Shown piece by piece: positions 13,091 through 22,994 of a stretch of 64,000 nt of DNA. Within the stretch, counting starts at the first letter, position 1. Each line of letters begins with the position of its first letter. The translations under genes were made by a program, and so were the position numbers. The DNA comes from Neocallimastix sp. 'constans' (lineage: Eukaryota). The DNA is taken from the NCBI GenBank assembly GCA_050613775.1, contig JBODTK010000011.1, forward strand, positions 1,240,001 to 1,304,000, written 5' to 3'. Under the pieces are notes generated by a model. That model saw only the letters and a list, made by a program, of their open reading frames with translations. It did no database searches and was not told where the DNA came from.

Positions 13091-14111
13091 TGTAAGAAAT
13101 CATAATTATTCAATAATGAATAATTAATATTTCTTATAATTAATGAAAAATAATTAATAATTTATAATTATTTATAAAATAATAATTATTTTTAAAAAAT
13201 ATTTATTTAAATAATAATTAATATATTCATTGATTTTAACTTATAAATTTATTTAATAGTTATATTTTCATATATTGATTTAAATTTATTTACATATTAT
13301 AATTTATACATTTATATAAATAATATAAAATTTATTTACTTATTATTATTATTCATTTAAATAGAATTTTTACAAAAAATTATGTAAATTTGTATTTAAT
13401 ATTTTACCATAAAAATATTAGTTATTTTAATTAAAATGAATTATGTATTTTATAATGTATTATAAACTATAAATGTATCTAATCTATCATATTATCTAAT
13501 CTTTATTTTTTAAATAAAAAAAAAAAAAAAAAAAAAAAAAATCTTTTTTTTTATTAATTCCTATCCTATCAATATTTAATATTTTATAATTAATTAGAAA
13601 ATCGGTAATTAATGTTTTTCCTAACAAATAGGTTTTCTTTAATTATACGATGATCAATATGATTAGAATATTGATCGAAAAACTATTTAGGTTTTTCTTC
13701 TAATCTTTTCCTAAATAGATTTTTTGTTAAGATTAGAAAATAAATTTATTTAACCGATTAATTTTTTAAAAAATATAAATAGGACTCTTGAATTCTCTTT
13801 GAGAAATCAAGAGTTATTATTTTAAGAAAATATAATAAATAATAACAAATAAAATAAATTTTTTATTTATATATCAAAAAAACTGTTATTAATCATAAAA
13901 GGTTTTTTTTTTTTAAAGAATATTTTCAACTACTATTCTGCCGTTGCTTGGTTATTGTTTGTTATATTTACTTATAATAAACTCTGTATAATTAAGTATA
14001 ATTTTTATTTTTTTAATTTTATTTTCTCAATTTTAATATTATATAAAAATAATATTAAAATTGTAGATAATAGTTATATTAATTAATTTTAGTTTTAGTA
14101 TAGCTATTACA
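13091..14111 (+). mobile_element. Solo LTR, Gypsy-B (TGTAAG) family
   Basis: TGTAAG...TTACA with 5-bp TSD TTTTG on both sides; core homologous to the LTR at 15969-16841. Confidence 0.88.
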
Positions 14112-14769
14112 TTTTGTGATAAATAATAATAATATATATTAAGAAATAGTAAAAGATTTTATAATATTTTAAATATTAAAATAATTAAATAGTAATAACT
14201 TAATAATAATCTTATTCATAATATTAAATAATTATAATAATTTTTATTATTATAATAATATTATTTAATAATAATACTTATATACATATGATTGGAAAAT
14301 ATAGTTACACCAACTATAATAATAATATAAATATAAAATTTTTTATATGGAATAATTAGTTCTATATAAATTAATTTATAAAATTTTTGGGAAATAATTA
14401 TGAAATTTATTAAGAGAATTTATTTAGAAAAATAATGAATTATAACAATTAAAAATATTTCTCAACGTTGTATAATCAACTATATAAATATTAAATAAAA
14501 ATTATTATTATAACAAATATATAAAGTTATAAACTATATTATTTATATTATAGTATTTAACTATTTTAATTATTTATAAAAAAATTATAATATTTAATAT
14601 ATAGATTAAATATTATATAAATTTTTAATAAAACATTTTTTTTTTTAAAATAATTAAGTAAATTTAAATATTAAATATCGGTAAAACTTGTTAAAACAAA
14701 ACAAGGTAAAACGATATAAAATAAGTTTAAGAAAATAAAATAAATAATACCTTAAACTTATTATTTGTG

Positions 14770-16841
14770 TGTAAGAATCTATAATTATTTGCTAACAAAT
14801 AATTATATTTTCTTAGTTAAGTTATTATAATTATAACTTTATGGCGTACTTCACTTTCAAAGGCGTATTATTATTCCTTCCAGTCTCAGGGCTAGACTTT
14901 TAAAGTCTTTCCATGATGCACCCACTAGTGGCCATCAAGGGGTAGATAGGACCTTTGAAAAACTCAGAAGGAACTACTGGTGGCCTAATATGAAAAAAGA
15001 TATTTCAAATTATGTGGCTTCTTGTGATGTTTGTTGTAGAAATAAAATCCGTCGTCATAAACCTTATGGTAAACTAATACCACTTCCTACTCCTACAAAA
15101 CCCTGGGAAGTTATTGGCGTCGATTTTATTGTTTCATTGCCTTCTTCACAAGATTGCACTTGTATCATGGTTGTTTCTGATCATTTAACCAAAATGATTC
15201 ATTTAGTACCCTGCTCCGATGTTCCCTCTGCCGATTTAACTGCTAAGCTCTTACTTTTCCAAGTCTTTAAGTATCATGGTTTTCCTAAAGTGATTGTGTC
15301 TGATCATGGTTCCCAATTCTCTTCTCAATTTTGGACTTCGTTGTGCGATGCTATTCGTGCTAAACCAAGACTTGCTACTGCTCACCACCAACAATCAAAT
15401 GGTCAGGTTGAACGGGCTAATGCTGTAATAGAACAATATCTTCGCTGCTATTGTTCTTCTGCTCAAAACGAATGGTGTTTCTACCTCCCTTTATGTGAAA
15501 TGTCCTACAACAACTCCATTCACAAATCAATAGCTCAAACTCCTTTTCATGCTAACTATGGATTTGACCCAAATTGTGTTATTGATTCACCACCGATTCT
15601 GCTAAAAGATAGTGCTTCTGTTCTTACTAGGGATTGGTCTTCACATTTCAATGCCCTTCGTCAACATTTAGTTAAAGCCAAAGAAGATTTTAAGAAATAT
15701 GCTGACAATAAAAAATCTGTAGGACCTGACTTTAAGGTAAATGATTTGGTAATGCTTAGAAGATACTACTTTACGAATGAACCCTCTAGAAAATTATCCA
15801 CTCAATATATTGGACCTTTTAAAATCATCGAGAAAAGGGAAAGAATGAATTACCGTTTGGAACTTCCAGAGAACTTACATCTCCATCCGGTATTTCATAT
15901 CTCACAATTGGAACCATATACTAAAAGAAATGAAGACTTAATGGAAACATCATAATTAAACAGAGCAATGTAAGAATCTATAATTATTTGCTAACAAATA
16001 ATTATATTTTCTTAGTTAAGTTATTATAATTATAACTTTATTTAATTACATATAATATTTATTAAATTTATTTAATTTAATTTTAAATATTCATTAATTT
16101 AACAAAATTTATTTAATTAATTTTAAATAATATATTTACAATATGTTAAATTCTCTACTGTAACTAATGTATTTTGTATTGTATTTTATTCTGTATTTTA
16201 TAATGCATTCTGTATTATATAATGTATTCTGTATTTTATTAACTATTTAATTTTATATTTTTAATATAAGGATAAATTATATGATCGAAATATCTTTTAT
16301 TATTTTATTCTTTTATTTTCGATCATTAGATTGGAAAATCGGTTAATTAAGATTTTTTCCAATTACTTTTTAGAAGTAATCGGTTTTACTTAATTAATGC
16401 GATGATCGATATGGATAGAATATCGATCAAAAACTTATCTAGGTTTTTCTATCTAATCTTTTCCTAGATAAGAGATTTGTTAAGATTAGAAAACCCTTTC
16501 TTATTTAACCTTATTTTCATAAAAAAATATAAATAAGGCTCTTGAGTTCTCTTTGAGAAATCAAGAGTTATTATTATAAAAAACATAGTTATAATAGTAA
16601 CAATTTTATATTTTTAACTTTAATAAATTAATAAAATATTTTATTCAAAAAACATATTTTAAAATCAAATTTATACAAACAATTCTTCTCTTACTTCTCG
16701 TGTTATTATTATAATTAATTTTATAATAAACTCTAAAGGTAAAAAAAATTTATCTTATTTTATTTTCTCAACTTAATGAATTAGTCGTTAAGTTGTAGTC
16801 AATAATTCTATTTTGAGTTAGTTATTAATAGAATTATTACA
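14770..16841 (+). mobile_element. Internally deleted Ty3/Gypsy element (Gypsy-B)
   Basis: First ~72 bp of the LTR (14770-14841) fused directly to integrase coding sequence; complete 3' LTR 15969-16841; flanks TTGTG/TTGTA. Confidence 0.9.
14840..15955 (+). pseudogene. Gypsy (Tf2/chromovirus-like) integrase fragment without chromodomain
   Basis: Frame open upstream of the called ATG: HDAPTSGHQG...YWWPNM...CDVC, then VDF...SDHGSQF...NGQVER, GPF motif, HPVFHISQLEPY, then stop. Confidence 0.9.
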
Positions 16842-16842
16842 T

Positions 16843-17525
16843 TGTATAATAATCTATTTATAATATACTAACTATAACTAGATTATTAATATTTTAAGAT
16901 ATAAAAATTTATACTTAACTTTATATAGAGTTTATTATAAACACTAAATATTGATATAAACAAAAAGACTTTATTTCTTTTAATTTATTATATAGCATTA
17001 TATAATAATAACTCTAATTTCTTTAATCAAAGAAATTTGAGTTCTTTTATACTTTTTTATTTATAATTATTTTAATAGATGAAATTATTAAATAGATGTA
17101 ATTATTAAATAAATAAAATAGATAAGATAAAGTTAACAAATCAAATAAAGGTATCTAATCTTAACAAATTGATATTCAGGAAAAGATTAGTAGAAAAACC
17201 TGAATAACTTCGATTAATATTCTAATATATTAATCATCGTATTAATTAATAAAAACCCAATCATAATAATATTGGGGAAAAAATTAATTAACCGATTACT
17301 AAAATCTTATAAATTATCAACTAATTGAAATAATAAAATATAAATAATATTTTTAAGTAATTAATATATTATAACAAATTTGTTTACATTATTTTTCAAT
17401 ATATATTAATTTGGATAAATTAATATATTTTTTACATGTTAATAAATATTGAAATATAAATGAAATATAAATTAATTAAATAAGAAGATAGATTATTTTA
17501 TAAGAAATAAATCTATATTCTTACA
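16843..17525 (-). mobile_element. Diverged solo LTR, Gypsy-B family
   Basis: Minus strand starts TGTAAGAATA and carries the same structured core (17150-17297). Left boundary approximate; no clear TSD. Confidence 0.75.
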
Positions 17526-17827
17526 TTTTGATACAAGATGAAAAGAAAAATAATGATATTTTAAAATTATTATTAAATTATATTTGTTAAATATTGTGGC
17601 AGTGTTTAGATACAAAATACTAAATATACATTTTAATACATTATCAATTACATTGTAAATATAAATTTATATAACTATAAAAAAAAAAAAATAATAATAA
17701 TAATAATAATCTTAGCAGTAAGAAATAAATAAATAAAAAAGTAAACAAATAAAAACATAAGTTCATCTGAAATTATATTAAGAATTTTTATTAATATGTA
17801 TTGTGTATTCCAAACCTAAACTTAATA

Positions 17828-17850
17828 GATTAAGAGTCTCAACGACTCTA
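17828..17850 (+). promoter_or_regulatory. Copia-A PBS complementary to the anticodon arm of tRNA-Lys(CUU)
   Basis: GATTAAGAGTCTCA abuts the LTR; its reverse complement TGAGACTCTTAATC is a tRNA-Lys CTT anticodon stem-loop. Confidence 0.85.
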
Positions 17851-18077
17851 TGTAAGGTATTATTGTATTATTTGGTTATATAATTTAGTTTTACAAAAGT
17901 GATTACTTTGAAATCACTATATTAATTTCAAAATTTAAATATTGAAATTTACATTATAAAATTAAAAATTAAAAATTTTGATTAAAATTTAAACAAAGGA
18001 TTTAAAATTTTAAAACAATTAAAATTAATAAATTATTAATCAAAATTTAAATTTTATAAATTAAATAAACATAAAAC

Positions 18078-21000
18078 ATGGATTCTAAAAATAATGAGTC
18101 CTCTAACTCATCAAACAATATAGCTAGTACCAGTAGTAATTCAAGAGAAAAAGAAACCTTGGATAATTCTGAACTGGTAAATAAAGGTTTACAAAAACTT
18201 TTAGAAGCTATAAACAACAATAATCATAATAATCTTGAACAAATAACAAACGCATTTATAAAAACCATTGAAAATATGAAAATAAGAAGTAATAATGAAG
18301 ACTATAATAGTATCAATGTAAATACTAAAGGTGATGAAGGAACAAATAATGTTCCTTTTCACATTAAAAACTTTCATTTAACTTCTATTAATTTTCAACA
18401 ATGGTTTAAATCTTTAGTACATCACCTTATTTCAACGGATTTAATAAATTTCATTGAAGTCCAAAAGGAAACTAAATCAATGAATCAACTGGAAATTAAA
18501 AAGGATAATAAAACCCAGTCAATAATTGAATATAGTCTTGATGAAGAGGGAAATGATGTACTAAAAGGATGTAAAACAGCGTTTAAAATGATGAGTAGAT
18601 TAAAAGAAAGATATTATCAAACAGGTCAATACTATATTGATAATATCGATAAACAAATTAAAGGCTTAAAAATTAAAGATAATGATTTTTTAAGCTATAT
18701 ACATAAAATGGACGAATTATATAACCTTAGAAAAACAGAATGTGATAAATTAGATAAAGAATCACTAAATGATATTTATAAAATAACTCACATTTTTAAA
18801 GAACTTATAAATACCAGAATACATCCTTTATTTGTCTATTTGGTTGATTGCAATTCTTATGACGAATTTAAAGAAAAAATGTACAAATTAAATTCACTGA
18901 TGGTAACAATAAAGAATTTAACTGATAATAATAATTTCGATAAATATAATAACAATATAAACAGAGTTCAAAAGGGTAAGTTACCATACAACTTCAACTT
19001 TGATAAAAATACAAATCAAAGAGAAAAGGTCCATATAGAAGACAACTATTGTTACATATGTGAAAAATATGGACATATAACTAAGAATTGCTATAAAATT
19101 AAAACCAACCAAAGCAATTCAAGTAATAATAAGATAAATAAAGGTAGAAAAAGAAAATTAAAGTTAAAAACTAAAAAATATAATAAAATATTTAAATCAT
19201 GTAATGTTGAAAATAAAATTAAAAAACACACTAATCAACATTCTGATTCTGATTCAGATGATATAAAATCATTAAATTTTAATTCTAATTATGTCTCTTG
19301 TTCTCTTGCAAAAAATGATTTCATAAAAGGCCACAACAACAAGAGAAAATTCGAAGTTATAAATACCTCCAAAAATCCGAATATATCCTCTACCTCTTGG
19401 ATTATTGATAGTGGAACTGCTATCAATTTAATAAAAGACTGTAATAAATTAACAAATGTTAAGAAAATTGAAGAAAGAACAATTACTTATGCTAATGGAA
19501 CTACTGAAATTATAAAATATGTTGGAATGTACAAAGGGGAATATAAAAATAAGATTTTTTCCATACCAAATGTTTATTTCGCATCGAATATAAAAAATAA
19601 TTTAATTTTGACAAACCATATATTAAATATGGGTTTTGAACTAAACATTAGAAAAATTAGAAATAAGAAGGTACTAACTATCACAAAGAATAATAAATAT
19701 ATTATTAATCTCAACTCAAACAATGAAGGTTTATTTGTAATGAAATCAAAAGATTTACAAACTAACAATGATGTAAATTATGTTGACGGGTATAGATTTC
19801 TAGTAAATCATATTGAACATAACCTTTGGCATGCCAGACTTGGCCATTTTGTAAATAAGGAATTAGAAAGTTATGTTAAGGATCATACCCAAAATAAGCA
19901 CATTTGTAAACAATGCAAAATTAGTAAAATGAAAAGGGCAAAGTTCAACACGTCAACAAATAAAACAACAAATCCTTTGGAATTGGTCCACACAGATGTC
20001 GTAGGCAAGCTCAAAATGTCGAACAGTAGATTCAAATTTTATGTTACCTTTTTAGACGATTATTCGAGAAAATGTTTGGTATATCCCATTAAAGCTAAAA
20101 ATGAAGTCTTAGGAAAATTTGTGGATTTTTACAAATTAATGAAAAATGTCTATGGATATCATATTAAGATACTGAAGTCTGATAGAGGTCTCGAATATAT
20201 AAACAACAATTTTTCTAATTTTGTTCATGAAAATGGTATAAAATTTATCCATTCTGAAGCTGGCGCACAAGAACAAAATGGTAAAGCGGAACGCTTAAAC
20301 CAAACATTAAATAATTGCGCCAAAACGTTATTAAATTGGGCAAAACTTCCTCTTTGTTTCTGGGATGAGGCTATCGTTGTAGCTGCAAAATTATACAACT
20401 TAAATCCTCATCAAGGAAATAATAATTTAGTTCCGGACGATGTCTTCTTCAATAAATTGTCAGATATTTCAAACCTAAAAGTTTTCGGATGCAAAGTAGC
20501 GTTCTTCAATAATTATAAAAAGGATAAATACGAAAATAACGCAAAGCAAGGTATTTTTTTGGGTTATTCTAATGATTCAACTGGGTACAAGATTTTAGAT
20601 TTAAACACTAACTCTATCATCACTGCTAGGGATGTCTATTTTTTTGAAAATCTGCCAGGCACTATTAATACTCCTTTTTTTACTAATAAAATTATTAGTT
20701 CACTACTGGAAACATCCACTTCATCAATTGAGGGGGAAAGGTCGTCAAGCATAATTAATACTGATAAAACAGGACAATTGCATAAAGTGGATCACAACGA
20801 AGATACCAAAAATGATTTACATATTCCAGTTGAAAAGTCGGATGATGGAAAATTATCAATAAATAATAAAGAGAATAATATATTATGTGTTAAAACAAAT
20901 GTTCCTCAAACATATAAACAAGCGTTAGAATCAGCTGATCGTGAAAAATGGAAAATAGCGATAGCAAAAGAATTTAAAAATATTTATGATAATCATGTCA

Positions 21001-22412
21001 CAACAGTTGTTGACAGTAGTGAAATACCTAAAGATGCAAATATACTTGATGGTACATGGGTATTCACGATTAAAGATGACGGAACAAGAAAAGCCAGGTT
21101 TGTAATCAGAGGCTTCAAACAAATTAAAGGGAAGGATTTCATTGACACATATGCTCCGACTTTACAATCTGATAGTTTAAGAATTACTATCGCCATAGCA
21201 TCTATAATGAATTGGAATATAATGCAAATCGATATAAAAGCAGCATACCTTAATGCTGAATTGAAAGAAAAAATATTTGTAAAAATTCCAGAAGGAGACA
21301 AGAATTTTAATAAAGAGAAATACTGGTTATTAAATAAAGCTTTGTACGGCTTTAAACAAAGCAGAAGAGCTGGGAATAAGGAAATTACAAAATTTCTAAA
21401 AAGTATAGGATTACATCAATTAGATACTGACGAATGTATATTTTGTAAGTATAATAAGAATCATAAATTATATGCAATTTTAAATTTATACGTTGATGAC
21501 ATATTATTAACCGGTAATGAAGATGAAATTAAAGAAATTATCAACAAAATTAAAAGAAAATACAAAATATCTAAAGAATCAATTGCTAATAAAATCATTG
21601 GTATTAATATTATGAAAGCTAAAAAGGGCTATAAAATTAATCAAAAGGATTATATTGATAAAATCGTCAAAAAATACATGATGCATAAAACTAAAAGAAT
21701 CTATACTCCATGCCATAGGATAACTATGGAACAAAGGGAAAATTCCAGGTTTGTAGATGTAACCAGTTACAAATCACTTTTAGGAGCATTACTTTATATC
21801 GCTGTTAAAACGAGACCGGATATAGCATTCTCTGTAAATCAACTTGCCAGAAACTGTGAAAAGCCAACGAAAGCTGATTACGATTCTGCTATGATGACCT
21901 TGCAATACTTAAAGTCAATAAAAGAAAAGTCAATTTACTATAATGGTAATGAAACTTTAGTTGGATATTCTGACTCAGACTGGGGAGGTGATGAATCAAC
22001 AAGAAGATCAACAAGTGGTTTTATATTCCTCTTGGGAAATGCTCCAATAGCTTGGAAATCACAAACACAAAAATGTGTTACATTATCTTCTGCCGAAGCA
22101 GAATGTGTTAGTCTCATTGAATGCACTAAACATGCATTAAAATTAAGAAAAATCATAAAAGAAATTACTAACAAAGAATTAAATATAAAGATCTTTGTAG
22201 ATAATAATGCATGCAAAGCTATGGTTGAAAGTGAAAATGCCAGAGGCAGAATAAAACATATGGACATAAAGTACAAATTCATTTACGAAAATATAACAAA
22301 AAACAAAATAAATTTGGAAAAGATCGAGTCCAATAAAATGGCAGCAGATCCACTTACTAAATGTATTTCCGGACCAAAAATGTCCATCTATTCTAAATAC
22401 ATATTCGATTAA
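18078..22412 (+). CDS. Copia Gag-Pol polyprotein (Gag CCHC, PR, IN, RT, RNase H), 1444 aa
   Basis: CYICEKYGHITKNC, WIIDSGT, LWHARLGH, HTD..D..E, KARFV, YVDD, YSDSDW, ADPLTK. The frame is open but several conserved residues are substituted. Confidence 0.95.
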   Translation: MDSKNNESSNSSNNIASTSSNSREKETLDNSELVNKGLQKLLEAINNNNHNNLEQITNAFIKTIENMKIRSNNEDYNSINVNTKGDEGTNNVPFHIKNFHLTSINFQQWFKSLVHHLISTDLINFIEVQKETKSMNQLEIKKDNKTQSIIEYSLDEEGNDVLKGCKTAFKMMSRLKERYYQTGQYYIDNIDKQIKGLKIKDNDFLSYIHKMDELYNLRKTECDKLDKESLNDIYKITHIFKELINTRIHPLFVYLVDCNSYDEFKEKMYKLNSLMVTIKNLTDNNNFDKYNNNINRVQKGKLPYNFNFDKNTNQREKVHIEDNYCYICEKYGHITKNCYKIKTNQSNSSNNKINKGRKRKLKLKTKKYNKIFKSCNVENKIKKHTNQHSDSDSDDIKSLNFNSNYVSCSLAKNDFIKGHNNKRKFEVINTSKNPNISSTSWIIDSGTAINLIKDCNKLTNVKKIEERTITYANGTTEIIKYVGMYKGEYKNKIFSIPNVYFASNIKNNLILTNHILNMGFELNIRKIRNKKVLTITKNNKYIINLNSNNEGLFVMKSKDLQTNNDVNYVDGYRFLVNHIEHNLWHARLGHFVNKELESYVKDHTQNKHICKQCKISKMKRAKFNTSTNKTTNPLELVHTDVVGKLKMSNSRFKFYVTFLDDYSRKCLVYPIKAKNEVLGKFVDFYKLMKNVYGYHIKILKSDRGLEYINNNFSNFVHENGIKFIHSEAGAQEQNGKAERLNQTLNNCAKTLLNWAKLPLCFWDEAIVVAAKLYNLNPHQGNNNLVPDDVFFNKLSDISNLKVFGCKVAFFNNYKKDKYENNAKQGIFLGYSNDSTGYKILDLNTNSIITARDVYFFENLPGTINTPFFTNKIISSLLETSTSSIEGERSSSIINTDKTGQLHKVDHNEDTKNDLHIPVEKSDDGKLSINNKENNILCVKTNVPQTYKQALESADREKWKIAIAKEFKNIYDNHVTTVVDSSEIPKDANILDGTWVFTIKDDGTRKARFVIRGFKQIKGKDFIDTYAPTLQSDSLRITIAIASIMNWNIMQIDIKAAYLNAELKEKIFVKIPEGDKNFNKEKYWLLNKALYGFKQSRRAGNKEITKFLKSIGLHQLDTDECIFCKYNKNHKLYAILNLYVDDILLTGNEDEIKEIINKIKRKYKISKESIANKIIGINIMKAKKGYKINQKDYIDKIVKKYMMHKTKRIYTPCHRITMEQRENSRFVDVTSYKSLLGALLYIAVKTRPDIAFSVNQLARNCEKPTKADYDSAMMTLQYLKSIKEKSIYYNGNETLVGYSDSDWGGDESTRRSTSGFIFLLGNAPIAWKSQTQKCVTLSSAEAECVSLIECTKHALKLRKIIKEITNKELNIKIFVDNNACKAMVESENARGRIKHMDIKYKFIYENITKNKINLEKIESNKMAADPLTKCISGPKMSIYSKYIFD

Positions 22413-22525
22413 AAGAAAAATATATATTTGTATTCATATATTCTTAAAACTCTATTCTTATCTATATTAATATTACTAATTTTTATATTATATCATATTA
22501 TATTTTCTTGATGACATTTATTAAT

Positions 22526-22574
<49 letters not shown>

Positions 22575-22926
22575 ATGTAATTTTTAATGTCGGGGGAATG
22601 TTAAATATTGTGGCAGTGTTTAGATACAAAATACTAAATATACATTTTAATACATTATTATCAAAAATATTATGTTAAGAAACACTCAAATAAGTTATAA
22701 TAAACACAATAATAAATATATATGGATTAGTAGTTTTTAGAAAAATATTTTTTTATAACAGTATAAATTATTTTTATTTTCTTTTTGTATAAGATATTAT
22801 TTTTTTTATAAAATAATAATTCCATGATTTTTATACTTTTTATTTTGAATATTAATATAAGTAATTGGTCATTATTTATATTAAAGATAGATTAATTAAA
22901 TTAATCATTATTTTGACATTCCCCCA

Positions 22927-22987
22927 AAAATCTAGCTTCAAAAAAAAAAACTTTTTAAAAGATAAAAAAAAAATGAAGATAGATTTT
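22927..22987 (-). ncRNA. ENE-like U-rich internal loop cis-element in the Copia-B 3' UTR
   Basis: AAAAUCUAuCUUCA-U10-au-CUUU uaa AAAG-U10-UGAAGcUAGAUUUU immediately before the PPT. Confidence 0.65.
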
Positions 22988-22994
22988 AATATAA

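Noticed and set aside
13645..13685. Hammerhead ribozyme (CGATGA-stem-GAAA)
   Set aside because: Lacks CUGANGA, and GAAA is not kept in the other LTR copies; treated as part of the structured LTR module.
22510..22591. ENE in the Copia-A 3' UTR
   Set aside because: A GACATT/AATGTC stem exists but encloses a ~39-nt A-run, not paired U-tracts.
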